Source: Macrostomum lignano (taxonomy: Eukaryota). From it: a stretch of DNA of 64,000 nucleotides. The stretch is taken from positions 249,551 through 313,550 of the forward strand of contig NIVC01001326.1 in the NCBI GenBank assembly GCA_002269645.1. The letters run 5' to 3'. Positions within the stretch are counted from its first letter, which is position 1; each line of letters opens with the position of its first letter. The notes beneath the pieces were generated by a model, which made no database searches, was not told the DNA's origin, and worked only from the letters and a program-made list of their open reading frames with translations. A program made the position numbers and the translations under genes. Below are positions 35,688 through 49,700 of the stretch, in pieces.

Positions 35688-36569
35688 GTGTTTGACTCTC
35701 GAGCCACGATCCCAAGCCATTTTTCCTCCCGTCGAACTACCAATGCCATGCAAGGAGAGAATTCACCCAGACATTTTTGCTGCGCTGGAACAAAGCAACG
35801 CAGGCACACGAAATTCAATAATTTTTTCTTGCACACCATCTAAAGCAATAATCAATTTCAAGTCGCCATCCCTCCGGACCGTCCAGATTTTCAATAATTC
35901 CGCCAGAAGGTCAAATTTCAGCGCTAGTGGTATTGGAAACCAATCAGCCCTGCGCCTTAGGAGGCCAAGCCTCCAAATTTCATCAGCACGTCGACCACGC
36001 GTGTTTGCATCAGCTCTGACTTGGTTAGTCAAAGTCACCCAGCATTCACCCAGGCGGAGCTTCTGTACCTTCAACAGGTGGCATCAGGTGACTACATGTA
36101 TGATGAACACTCCTCCATTGCGAATTTCTCTGATGTTTCTGATAAAGCCTCAATCACAGAATACTGTACAAGCCTCAACTGTTGGGTATCCTCAACTTAG
36201 TCTCTCAAGCATTCGGTCATCATCCAGACGCCGTCGGCTCCTTCAACGGCCGTGACACCAGGTGACTATGGACACCCTGTTGAATCTATGTGTTGGATTT
36301 TTTATCAAGCCTCGTCATAAAATACTATACAATTTTCTAAACGAAAAGCGTAATGTATTTTTTCTGTAAAACACGCAGCTGCCTCCCAAAATTTTCCAAG
36401 AAACGTACGTGTAGTTTCCAGCCTGTCTGTACTTGAGTAGTCCTTCTTTGTGTCCTTGAGCAAGACAATTAAGTCGGCGCTTCAGTTCATCCAGCTGTAA
36501 AATATATAGCTACATGTACAAGCATTAGCAGGGGTATTGAGGGTGTTATTTACTATCCCATAAGCTTAG

Positions 36570-36770
36570 GGGTTGTGGCCTGTTAGTTAGAGCGTACGAT
36601 TGAAATTATATAAATCGATTCGATTGAAAAGTATATTCGATTCGATTATTCGATTAGAACTAAAACAATTTGTACGTGTCCTTGGGCAAGGCACTTAACT
36701 CTGCATTGCTTCAGTTCACACAACTGGAAAATCGGTACCAGCATTAGCTGGTGTAATTGAGGTTGTTGTG
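36570..36770 (+). mobile_element. CORE-like SINE copy (a further fragment lies at about 36447-36502)
   Basis: gggttgtggcc head; tgtccttgggcaaggcacttaactctgcattgcttcagttcacacaactggaaaatcggtaccagcattagctgg resembles the CORE domain and matches 661-720. Confidence 0.65.
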
Positions 36771-37677
36771 ACGATTATGACGACACAGTCCCAGGATCAA
36801 ATGACGAAGACGAATAACGGAGGCAATTTGTGTAGCGGTAGCACTCATACAATGGCGATGCGATGGCGATTATTTATTATGGTTAAATAGGCTCGCTCGC
36901 TATAGATTCCAGTCGGCAATAAAGAGACTGGGCCTGATTGGAAGCTGAATCCGTAACTATGGTAAAGTTACGTAACGTAACTTTGGGCACTGCGGCAGGC
37001 AACAATAATGGTGATGGATAGCTAAATAGGCTACGGGCGATGGAGTGGTGATGATATGATGGCAATGAGATAGGATAGAGGCAGCACTCTCTCTGGCTTG
37101 AACTTGGCAGTGGCGTGGCTTGAACTTGGGCGGAGTGAACTTGGCGGAGTGAACTTGGCGGAGTGAACTTGGGCGGAGTGAACTTGGCGAAGTGAACTTG
37201 GCGAAGTGAACTTGGCGAAGTGAACTTGGCGGAGTGAACTTGGGCGGAGTGAACTTGGCGGAGTGAACTTGGGCGGAGTGAACTTGGGCGGAGTGAACTT
37301 GGTGGAGTGAACTTGGCGGAGTGAACTTGGTGGAGTGAACTTGGTGGAGTGAACTTGGCGGAGTGAACTTGGGCGGAGTGAACTTGGCGAAGTGAACTTG
37401 GCGGAGTGAACTTGGGCGGAGTGAACTTGGCGGAGTGAACTTGGCGGAATGAACTTGGCGGAGTGAACTTGGCGGAGTGAACTTGGGCGGAGTGAACTTG
37501 GCGGAGTGAACTTGGCGGAGTGAACTTGGCGGAGTGAACTTGGCGGAGTGAACTTGGCGGAGTGAACTTGGCGGAGTGAACTTGGCAGAGTGAACTTGGC
37601 CGAGGCGGAGAGAGAGAGAGCGCGGGCCGGAAAACAAAAGAGGGTCAACCCCGGGCGCCCCAGCCAGACAGGACTGT
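36765..37677 (+). mobile_element. Partial inverted copy of the internal sequence of the 37767-38426 element, expanded by a 14-15-bp tandem (ggcggagtgaactt, about 37120-37600)
   Basis: 36765-37130 is the reverse complement of 37960-38340, and 37590-37677 is the reverse complement of 37855-37960. Confidence 0.7.
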
Positions 37678-37766
37678 GTGACGTTGTCAGTTGAGGTGGC
37701 CCCGACAAGGGCCGTTTTAGCGAAAGCAGTGCCATATAATGTCTGTTTTCAAGTTGGTTTTCAAGC

Positions 37767-38426
37767 CGGCCAATAGGAAAGTTGCGCATATTTTATGTTA
37801 AGTCCGGATTATGCTTTGTTGTGCGCCCACCCCAACCCGCTCGTTAACATGTAAGTCCTGTCTAGCTGGCGCGCCCGGGGTTGGCTTGTTTCTTGGTTCT
37901 TGTTTTGTTCTTGTTTACCGACCGGCGCTCTCTCTCTCCCCGCCTCGGCCAAGTTCACCCCGGCAAATTCAAGCCACGCCACTGCCCCGAGTGGGGATCA
38001 CGCCACACTTCCACCGCCGCCACTTCGCGGCACTTCTCCATAGTTCTACACCATTGCCATCATTCCTTCGCCACTTATCGCCGTAGCCTATAGCTATCCA
38101 TTACCATTATTGTTGCCTGCCGCAGTGCCCAAAGTATCATAGTTCGGATTCAGCGCCAAATCAGGCCCAGTCCCACTATTACATTGCCGACTGGGATCTA
38201 TAGCGAGCGAGTCTATCTAACCATAATAAATAATCGATAACATAACAACTACATGTAAGCCTGAGTGCTACCGCTACTTCACAAATCGCCTCCGTTATTC
38301 GTCTTCGTCATTTGACCGTGTCGTCCTTAATCGTCACAAATGATTAACGAGCGGGCTGGGGGTGGGCGCACAAGGAAAGCTTAATTTTAGGCTAGCATAA
38401 AATATGCGCGGCCTTCCTATTGGCCG
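37767..38426. mobile_element. Non-autonomous DNA element of about 660 bp with about 85-bp imperfect TIRs
   Basis: cggccaataggaaag..gcatattttatg..tgtgcgcccaccc..cccgctcgttaa at the left, with its inverse at 38343-38426. Confidence 0.65.
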
Positions 38427-39918
38427 ACGAGAATTAAATGCCTGCATTGCCTCCCCTATGCTTAGTAAGTCTTAATAAAGAGATTTACCCGATCAAACGT
38501 TTGGATAGTAACTGCATACCAAATGCATATTTGGGGGGGGGGCAAATTGCAGACAGAATCTAGCTGCCAAAATGCTCTGCAGGAAAAAAGCATTGCGGGC
38601 AAATCTCCGCGGGAAAAGCTCGGCTGGCAAATCTCGACGGGCAAATCTCCTGCGGGCAAATCTCGGAGGGAATTTCGTCTGGGGGAAATTCTCATGGACC
38701 CAAAGATTCCATAGATTCCCAAAAGGACGTCCTTGCAGGATCCCCACTAAATTGCATGCGGCAAATGATCCTTGTAAAGACAGACTGTCGGTAAGCAGAA
38801 TTTGCAATTGAAGGAGAAGGTTCAGTCCAATACTTGAATGAAAAGTTTTAATCGTTTTTAGATGTTTCTTCTTTAAAATATAGCATTTTTAAATTTTTAT
38901 ATGGTTAGCCTATGCCACAAAAATTGTTACACTGAGTGTTTGTTTTGTTGGACCATTTTGAACGGACGACTTGAATTTAATTTCACCCACGTGCTCGTCG
39001 TAACGTAATTCTGACGTTGTCGTTCTCAAGACCTCAAGTGCTAGTGCTAGTGCTAGTGCCAGCTTAGGTAGGTGTAGCAGCTAGCTTAGGTAGGTCTAGT
39101 ATAGATATGCTTCTATAGCTACTCCAAATCCATCAATATTTTGTCCCAATTACTGTTAAAAATGATAATACTTAATAGCACTTGAATACTCCAGAGTTAT
39201 CTTACAGAGGTTTGCCAAAATGTACAATTTTCTAATAGAGGATAGACCTGTTTATTACATAAATCAAATTGTATAGGCCTACATTCTATGGTTATGCTGC
39301 CTATTGTCTTTGGAATGAAATTAAATAACTTCTAAATAGGTTTAATTTTATGGAAGATCATTTTAGAATCAGGAGTGTCCATTCTATTCAATGTCCCTAT
39401 GAGCAATATGTTAATATATTGGTGCAATAGGCCTATCTGGTCTAGTCTGGATTCTGGATTTTCATTAGCCATGTGACTTAATTTTGACTAAAAATGCAAC
39501 TTAGTTGTGCAATTTACCAAATAAAAAATTGTTAGTTTGCCAAAAAGTAAAAATGTGGCAATAGGGCCTAAATCATCAATTTTTCTGATATCCTTGGTTG
39601 GTCTACCATAATTTATACTAGTCCCCCAGGTCTAGCTAGATTAGCTAGTTCTGTTCTGTTCTGCTATTAGGCTTAGTTTTGAATAATGAATGAATAAGCA
39701 TTAAACCTTATTAGGTATTTGGGTATACTCCTTTCTTATATTTATAAGGTAGGCCTTACCATTTTACAAATAATAAAAAAATATAAACAGGCCTACTCTT
39801 CTTACTATTTGCCTATTAGAATTTAGATGTTTAGCTTCTCAAATATTTTTTGCTTATAAACATTTTTATATTAGGCCTATGGCATTTTTGATTCTCAGTT
39901 TAATATATGCTTAGGCGC

Positions 39919-40064
39919 AACCTAGGGATTCACCTAGCCATTTCTATTGGCAACACACACATAAGTTGCTACTGGACAGAATAGTAGTCACGTGACTGCT
40001 CTCAGCCAATAGTGACTTACATGTGTGTGTTGCCAATAAAAAAGGCCAAGTGATTCCCAAGGTT
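39919..40064. mobile_element. 146-bp palindromic MITE-like element
   Basis: Arms aacctagggattcacctagccatttctattggcaacacacacataagt / acttacatgtgtgtgttgccaataaaaaaggccaagtgattcccaaggtt, with a central gtcacgtgac. Confidence 0.55.
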
Positions 40065-41547
40065 ACACATGTATGGTTTAATATATCATATTATAAGTAA
40101 GCTAATCTTGCAAAGATAATAAGTTTTCAAAGAAGAGAAAATAAGCTATTTTATTGATTTTTTCGATTAAAAAAGATACCAATTCTTTAAAAAATATACC
40201 CTATAAATTCTAAGATTTTTTGACTAAAACCCCAGGGTCCCCTAGTAAAGAATATGTAGATATAAAAAATATATTTATCAAACATTTCAAACCAAAAGAA
40301 AGCTATAGATATAATGTATTAGTTTGACCATATATATTTTTTGACTATATATTTGACTATAAAACTATTGATATAGTAATACTAATAGTATCATATAGTG
40401 TAAGATTTACTTATAGAAAAAATATAAAAAGTAAAAATAATGCTAAATATCACCCTAAAAATTATGATTTGATAGACTATTTATCTGTTATCATATTTAT
40501 TTATCTATATGCTTATCTATTTATCCTAGCTGTCTTCTTAAATGCTTAAACATTTGCTTGCTTGTTTGCCTGTCTGTCTGTCTATTTATTTGTTTATCTA
40601 TCTATTTGTCTATTTGTCTATCTATCTATTTGTCTGTTTGTATTTATACTAGTCTATTTGTCAGTCTATTTATCTATCAATTTGTCTGTTTATTTGCTAT
40701 ATAAATTTTGTTAGATAAAATTTCTGCAATATTTTGATCACAACTCACAAGTAGCTTGAAACTCACCATAGGATACTACTATCAGCAATTGAAGTAGATA
40801 TGCAGTTTAGTCAGCTTTGACAAAAAGTCATTATTGAATAATAAGAACTCTTTTGTTAAAAAGAGTCTTGCTAATATAAATATATATACTCTGCCACAAC
40901 AGATTATAATGAATTTTATTTAAAAACTTCTCAAAATACAATTTTTACTTCAATTGTTTTTCTAGGGTCTCAAAGTGCCTTAAACCTAATGCTCAGACTC
41001 CAAAAAAATTTAGGGTCCCCAGGAAAGGCTCCTTAGGGTTGATGTCCCTATTTTCAATGTTTTATAAGTATTACTATCAAGGGCCTTGAGAGCCTTGCAA
41101 AGGCAGAGTTTTTGCTCTAATCTTTTTTGCTTTTTATTGCTTTGATTGACACTATATTAGGCTAGATTTTAGGCTATGTTTCATTAGGATGATTATAGCA
41201 TTTCAATTTCAACTAGCCTCAAGGTAACTAGATTGTTTTTTATATTTTTATAGTTGACCTCTTTAGCAATTTCATTATCTATTGTTATATACTACAATTC
41301 ACTTTTTTCCTTAATCCTTTTTGGCTCATTAATCATTTCTTTGATTAATTATAATTTTGTTTTATAGCTCTTTTAAGTAGGCCTGGGCCTAGTTCTAGGC
41401 CTATCCCTTTCAAGAGTGTATATACATACATTTTCCAATCATGGCATATCCAAAGGCCCTTAATACTATTTTATTTTTTAAGATTCTAGTTAGTAACTAT
41501 TTCTATAGCTAAGGTATAGCTACTTTGTTTACTTGTGCAACATAAGA

Positions 41548-42607
41548 CTGGGGAGTCAGTTGAAGACATTGGGGAGTCAGTTTAAGACACTGGGGAGTCA
41601 GTTTAAGACACTGGGGAGTCAGTTTAAGACACTGGGGAGTCAGTTGGAGACACTGGGGAGTCAGTTGGAGACACTGGGGAGTCAGTTTAAGACACTGGGG
41701 AGTCAGTTGGAGACACTGGGGAGTCAATTGGAGACACTGGGGAGTCAGTTTAAGACACTGGGGAGTCAGTTTAAGACACTGGGGAGTCAGTTGGAGACAC
41801 TGGAGAGTCAATTGGAGACACTGGGGAGTCAGTTGAAGACACTGGGGAGTCAGTTGGAGACACTGGGGAGTCAGTTGGAGACACTGGGGAGTCAGTTGAA
41901 GACACTGGGGAGTCAGTTTAAGACACTGGGGAGTCAGTTTAAGACACTGGGGAGTCAGTTTTAGACACTGGGGAGTCAGTTGGAGACACTGGGGAGTCAG
42001 TTGGAGACACTAAGGGAGTCAGTTTTAGACACTGGGGAGTCAGTTGGAGACACTGGGGAGTCAGTTGGAGACACTAAGGGAGTCAGTTGGAGACACTGGG
42101 GAGTCAGTTGGAGACACTGGGGAGTCAGTTGGAGACACTGGGGAGTCAGTTTAAGACACTGGGGAGTCAGTTGAAGACACTGGGGAGTCAGTTGGAGACA
42201 CTGGGGAGTCAGTTGGAGACACTGGGGAGTCAGTTGGAGACACTAAGGGAGTCAGTTGGAGACACTGGGGAGTCAGTTGGAGACACTGGGGAGTCAGTTG
42301 GAGACACTGGGGAGTCAGTTTAAGACACTGGGGAGTCAGTTGAAGACACTGGGGAGTCAGTTGGAGACACTGGGGAGTCAGTTGGAGACACTGGGGAGTC
42401 AGTTGGAGACACTGGGGAGTCAGTTGGAGACACTGGGGAGTCAGTTTAAGACACTGGGGAGTCAGTTGGAGACACTGGGGAGTCAGTTGGAGACACTGGG
42501 GAGTCAGTTGGAGACACTGGGGAGTCAGTTGGAGACACTGGGGAGTCAGTTTAAGACACTGGGGAGTCAGTTGAAGACACTGGGGAGTCAGTTGGAGACA
42601 CTGGGGA
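41548..42607. repeat. 21-bp minisatellite (gacactggggagtcagttgga)
   Basis: Direct reading. Confidence 0.95.
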
Positions 42608-42935
42608 CACTGGTGATGACGTAAGTCTGAATTTAGATCTAAGAGTGTATGTAGAAATAGTTCCGGGGATTAGAATTCAGCAGGTTTAAAATCCGCGGGT
42701 TTCAACAGCTTGTTAATATAGTCTAAAATCTTTCATGTAGTGGCACTGTCAATCCGAGTGTCTATGGTTAGCAATAGTTACTTTTACACTGCACAGAGCT
42801 TTGAAGTTGAGTTTGAAACCTTTAATACTTTAAACTTTGGTCTTCGTCAGTCTATTTGCGATTTAAAATAATTAAATAAGTTTTGCAGACACACCCTCGA
42901 GTCCCGTCAGCGTCGGCGAAAAAAAGAGATTAAGC

Positions 42936-45780
42936 ATGAGCGGACAGCAGAAATTGCAGGCCAAAGCCAATCAAGGTATTGTATTTTCATTGCTATTTGC
43001 TGTTTTAGGACATTCATTTTATGCTACTGTCCACACACAATTCAGTAGTATAGTTTAGCTGTATAATTTGAAATATAAATTAATGCAGGAGCCACCGAAG
43101 CTCGAATTAGCGGCGACATGTCGGACGCGGCCGGCTCCGCGGCGGTTGGCCGACTACAGCAGAGCATCACCTACAATGCCAGACTGCAGGCTATGGGTCA
43201 CTATCTGAGGTGAGCCAAGTCTTGTCTGGGAATCAATTCCATTTTCCAACCTAAGAAACTTTTCATAAATATATTCTGATGAAGATGTGGACAGCTCGAA
43301 CTAGCAATTGATTAGTGCATAGACAATGTTTAGTTAAAAATGGATTCCTTACAGATAGAAATGGCATCCATACAGATAGAAATGGCACCCATACAGATAG
43401 AAATGGCATCCATACAGATAGAAATAGCATCCATACAGATAGAAATGGCATCCATGCAGATAGAAATGGCATCCATACAGATAGAAATCGCATCCTTACA
43501 GATAGAAATGGCATCCATACAGATAGAAATGGCATCCATACAGATAGAAATGGCATCCATACAGATAGAAATGGCATCCATACAGATAGAAATGGCATCC
43601 ATACAGATAGAAATGGCATCCATAAAGATAGAAATGGCATCCATACAGATAGAAATGGCATCCATACAGATAGAAATGGCATCCATACAGATAGAAATGG
43701 CATCCATACAGATAGAAATGGCATCCATACAGATAGAAATGGCATCCATACAGATAGAAATGGCATCCTTACAGATAGAAATAGCATCCATACAGATAGA
43801 AATGGCATCCTTACAGATAGAAATGGCATCCATACAGATAGAAATGGCATCCTTACAGATACAAATGGCATCCATACAGATAGAAATGGCATCCATACAG
43901 ATAGAAATGGCATCCTTACAGATAGAAATAGCATCCATACAGATAGAAATGGCATCCTTACAGATAGAAATGGCATTCATACAGATAGAAATCGCATCCA
44001 TACATATAGAAATGGCATCCATACAGATAGAAATGGCATCCTTACAGATAGAAATGGCATCCATACAGATAGAAATGGCATCCTTACAGATACAAATGGC
44101 ATCCATACAGATAGAAATGGCATCCATACAGATAGAAATGGCATCCTTACAGATAGAAATAGCATCCATACAGATAGAAATGGCATCCTTACAGATAGAA
44201 ATGGCATCCATACAGATAGAAATCGCATCCTTACATATAGAAATGGCATCCATACAGATAGAAATGGCATCCTTACAGATAGAAATGGCATCCATACAGA
44301 TAGAAATCGCATCCTTACAGATAGAAATGGCATCCGTACAGATAGATATAGAAATGGCATCCATATTCATACAGATAAAAATGGCATCCATTAAGATATA
44401 AATGGCATCCATTAAGATATAAATGGCATCCATACAGATAGAAATGGCATCCATACAGATAAAAATGGTATCCATACAGATAGAAATGGTATCCATACAG
44501 ATAGAAATGGCATCCTTACAGATAGAAATGGCATTCATGTTCATACAGATAGAAATGGCATCCTTACCGATAGAAATGGCATTCATATTCATACAGATAA
44601 AAATGGCATTCATTAAGATATAAATGGCATCCATTAAGATATAAATGGCATCCATTAAGATATAAATGGCATCCATACAGATAGAAATGGCATCCGTACA
44701 GATAGAAATGGCATCCTTACAGATAGAAATGGCATCCATACAGATAGAAATGGCATCCTTACAGATAAAAATGGCACCCTTTTACAGATAAAAATGGCAT
44801 CCTCAATTATAAATGTTTGTCTTGCTTTAACTTTTAAGGCAGAGGGCTAATTGCGTGCATTGACTGTAAAGTCAACGCTTTAGCATTTCGTTTTGAACTT
44901 TTTTATAACTTTTCCAACGCAATCCAGTGAAGAGCGTACTGCTTATAGAGGCTCACTGCTTATACAGGATCTGTCCTTCTGTGTTGGGTTCGGTAACAGC
45001 TTGTTTAAATATTTTTTTCCTATCGAAAGCATGCTAAAGTTTTATATTTGAGAAAATTTTAGTAACCTTGTTTAAGATTGTGTTTGAGGAATTTCGATTC
45101 TATGTTTAGAAAGGAAAAGTATTTGGTTAGAAAACTATTCGATAAAATTCAACTTGCTGTTAGTTGCACGAAAACATGTCGCATCCGCTTGAAGCTATGG
45201 AGCGTCGTCTAGATGCGTTTGCTTACTACAATAGGTGAGGATATTTTCGGGCGAGTACGAATCCCAGGATTAAGGGACAATGTTAAAGCCCACCTTATCT
45301 AGATACCTGCAAAGTGTGACAACAATATACAGTACCGTGAACATTACTTGTTTGTTAGTTAATTAGATAGTTAATTAGGTAGTTACTTGTAGTTAGTTAG
45401 TTATTTATTTTGTTAGTTATTTAGTTAGTTAGTTAGTTAGTTAGTTACTTAGTTAGTTAGTTAGTTACTTAGATAGTTGTTAGTTAGTTAGTTTGTTTGT
45501 TTGTTAATTAGGTAGTTACTTCTAGTTAGTTAGTTAGTTATTTAGTTAGTTAGTTATTTATTTTAGTTATTTTTTTAGTTATTTAGTTATTTAGTTAGTT
45601 AGTTAGTTATTTAGTTAGTTAGTTAGATAGTTACTTAGATAGTTAGTTAGTTTGTTTGTTTGTTAATTAGGTAGTTACTTGTAGTTAGTTAGTTAGTTAT
45701 TTATTTTGTTAGTTAGTTAGTTAGTTATTTAGTTAGTAAGTTAGTTAGATAGTTAGATAGTTAGTTAGATAGTTAGTTAG

Positions 45781-45813
<33 letters not shown>

Positions 45814-45902
45814 CAGTTAGTTAGTTAGTCAGTCAGTTAGTTAGTTAGTTAGTTAGTTATTTAGTTAGTAAGTTAGTTAGATAGTTAGTTAGATAGTTAG
45901 TA

Positions 45903-45948
<46 letters not shown>

Positions 45949-45988
45949 ATAGTTAGTTAGTTAGTTATTTAGTTAGTTAGTTAGTTAT

Positions 45989-46020
<32 letters not shown>

Positions 46021-46035
46021 ATAGTTATTTAGTTG

Positions 46036-46071
<36 letters not shown>

Positions 46072-46088
46072 TTCAGTTAGTTAGTTAA

Positions 46089-46122
<34 letters not shown>

Positions 46123-46123
46123 G

Positions 46124-46160
<37 letters not shown>

Positions 46161-46203
46161 ATAGTTAGTTAGATAGTTAGTTAGATAGTTAGTTAGTTAG
46201 TTG

Positions 46204-46244
<41 letters not shown>

Positions 46245-46264
46245 ATAGTTAGATAGTTAGTTAG

Positions 46265-46308
<44 letters not shown>

Positions 46309-46340
46309 ATAGTTAGTTAGATAGTTAGATAGTTAGTTAG

Positions 46341-46380
<40 letters not shown>

Positions 46381-46464
46381 ATAGTTAGTTAGATAGTTAG
46401 ATAGTTAGTTAGTTAGATAGTTAGTTAGTTAGTTAGTTATTTAGATAGTTAGTTAGATAGTTAG

Positions 46465-46532
<68 letters not shown>

Positions 46533-46572
46533 ATAGTTAGTTAGATAGTTAGATAGTTAGTTAGATAGTTAG

Positions 46573-46636
<64 letters not shown>

Positions 46637-46668
46637 ATAGTTAGTTAGATAGTTAGATAGTTAGTTAG

Positions 46669-46738
<70 letters not shown>

Positions 46739-49700
46739 CGGGCCACAGCACCTCAGCAGTAAACACGCCTGGCTTTTTTGCCAGCCCAGGCCCCACGAAT
46801 GGTTCGATTTCGTGCTCGGCCACTTTCATTTACGGGTCGTGTGCACGAAAATTGGCCGGGAGGTTGTCGTGCGATTCCCAGCCACGAAGGCCAGTTCCTA
46901 AGGCACAGAGAGTGTACATGCCTGATGATTAGAAAGTCAGGGCCGCTGTACACCCTGTGTGAGCGTGTGCTGAGTGCGTGCCTGCGTACAGTATTGGCGC
47001 GCTCGTATTGTGCTCAGGAGCTGGCTGTGGGACGATGTTGACGATGGTGTTGCGCCAGGATGCCCGCAGCCTTCTTGCAATGGTTGTTATTGTACTTTAT
47101 TTACATATTTATCTGGCTTGTTTGTCGGTTAGTTAGCTAATGAGTCAGGAGATTGCGCCTTAAATCAAGGCAACAGTCGACCACAGTAAGCCAAAGTCCA
47201 ATTCCGCTGACCCCTGAGCACGCACACGGATGGGTACTCAAGCACACAAAAGACTCTGTACATTGGCCTTGACTTTCTCGTCGTGTGCATACACCCTTCA
47301 CACTCACCGTCCAGCCTCCCGGAGTCGATGAAGCGCCGCGTACGCGCCCTAAAGAAGCTGCAATTCCACACTCTGGAAATCGAATCGAATTTCTATCGGG
47401 AGCTGCACGCCCTGGAAATGAAATACGCCTCAGTTCACGCTGAGCAGTTTGACAAGCGCTACAAAATTGTGAAGGGAGAGTACGAGCCGACTGACGCCGA
47501 GGCCGACTGGCCCGAGGACTCCGAGGCCGAACTGCAGCTGGCCGCTCTGGCTCGCAGCGTCGGCGGAACGACAGAGAAGTCCGCGGCCGCGGCGGCGCAG
47601 CTGTCCGGTGACGCAAAAGGCCTGCCGGGATTTTGGCTGACTGTGCTAAAAAATGTCGAACTAATCGGCCAGATGATTCACGAGCATGACGAGCCGATTT
47701 TGAAGCACCTGACCGACATCAGGGCCGGCCTGTTCTCGGGCGACCAGACTGGCTTCACGTTGGAGTTCCACTTCTCACAGAATGAGTACTTCTCCAACAG
47801 TGTGCTGACTAAGCAGTACTTCACCCGGATGTCGCCCGACCGGCGCCAGCCGTGGAGTTACGACGGCCCGGAGATCTACAGATGCCGCGGCTGCGACATT
47901 CAGTGGTGCAAAGGCAAGAATGTGACGGTGAAGATTCTTAAAAAAGTGCAACGCCATCGCGGCAACGGTCAGAAGCGGACGCTCACTAAAACTGTGGAGA
48001 CCGATTCGTTCTTTAATTTCTTCAATCCGCCTACGCAGGGTGAGTTCAAGGACATTTAAATTTTATTCCAGATTAGGCCTAGAGGCGGATTCATCAGCTT
48101 ATGGATTTTCAGCTACTGGACGCACGCTTAAACAAACAAAAGCCTCTATAAGCTAGGTTTTTTACATTCGCTTGGTAGATGTTATCATGCCCCTACCTAA
48201 CCTAACTTCTAATATTTTACTAAACGAAAACTACTAATAGTAGTTCAAAATGCATATAAAAAATCTCCCCCCCCTAGTATCCTGCGGGTTTCCTGGTTTA
48301 TAAGATAAGGACTTACGATTAATAGCTATAGAAAAATGTGTCCTTTCACTGTAAAAAAAATAACTTTATGTGCATGGACCCTGCAAAAGATAAATTCACA
48401 ATGCTTGCTTCCTTTTTTCAGCCATTGACGACCTCAATGATGATGTAAGCTGCGTAATTGTTTTTTGTGTTATTTGACTTAAACTTAGCGCACTTTAGTA
48501 TATAATTAGTAACGGAATTTTACTTAACCGCCTCGCAGGATTCCGAGGTTAGAGCAAAAGGGTTTTATTTTTATCCAGATTTTCTTTTTTCGTTTTTAAA
48601 TATTTTAAGTTCTGTTAAATTTCTATATTGTTACTTAAAGTAGCGTGGCTCGAACTTAAAAGTGTAATTTTTCACTTTTGTTTCCTTTTTAAATTGCTAT
48701 AGGACGAGGAGATTGAAAATCTGCTACAGTCGGACTTCGAAATTGGGCATTTCATCCGGGAACGAATTGTGTCCAGGGCTGTGCTGTGTTTCACTGGCGA
48801 GGGCCTGGACGACGATGATGAGGTTAGAGCATTCTTGACCTTTAATGTTCTCTGATGTTACCTATTTTTATGTAAACACCACGAAATCGGTTTTTTGCTA
48901 CTATTAAGTCAGTAGTACTCAGAGGCGTAGTCTTTACAGTGTTGGTTTGGCAACGTAATGATACACCAGGGACGTCTGGATGCCTGGACTGGAAGCAGTG
49001 AAGCAGACCGGAAAATCTTTCAGGGACGTCTGGACTCTGGATGCCTGGAATGGAAGTGGGTAACCCACTCCAAAATCTTTCAGGGACCTCTTGGGGATGC
49101 CTGGACTAGAAGCGGACCTGTCCATCTCAAAATCTAGTAGGGACCTCTGATGAATGCTTGGAATGGAAGCGGACCTGCACCCCACCCAAAATCTACCAGG
49201 GACCTTTAGATACCTGGACTGGAAGCTGACCCGCATCCACCTTAAAATATATTACCATACCCACTAAAACATCATACGCAGCTGCTTAGATCCATGACTG
49301 CCTCCCCCCCCCCACGTTGACCTCGCTATTTTATTTGCGCATCCTCACCTGCCCAAGTCGCTAATGTGCATATTTAATTAGGCGGACTTGCTGCTGCGCG
49401 CATGAGCTCTCCTCCCCCCCCCCAGCTGCCCATATCGGAATTATAAACTGCATGTCAAGCCTGTTCTAGCTTCCAGTGCTTATCAAATTGATAAAAAATT
49501 AGAATCCATCAAATTAAACCGCATGGCTCCACGTAGCAAGTGAACGATGCATTATCTATTGTCGGCATTGCATCTTAGTCTGCTTCTAGTAGCTGGCAGC
49601 AGCAACGAGGCCTCCGATTGTCCGGCAGCCGCCGACCTGCCAATCGGAGCCGTGTTCGGCCAGTCCATCGGTGACGCAAGAAAACGGAGCGCGCTTCGGT

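Noticed and set aside
35692-36255. 187-aa ORF or transposase fragment
   Set aside because: No recognisable motif on either strand and no coding-like codon bias; it may be decayed TE sequence but cannot be supported.
41509-44739. Coiled-coil-like heptad ORFs (LETLGSQ, IEMASIQ, TDRNGIH)
   Set aside because: 21-bp minisatellites are open in several frames and on both strands; the second lies inside NAP1 intron 2.
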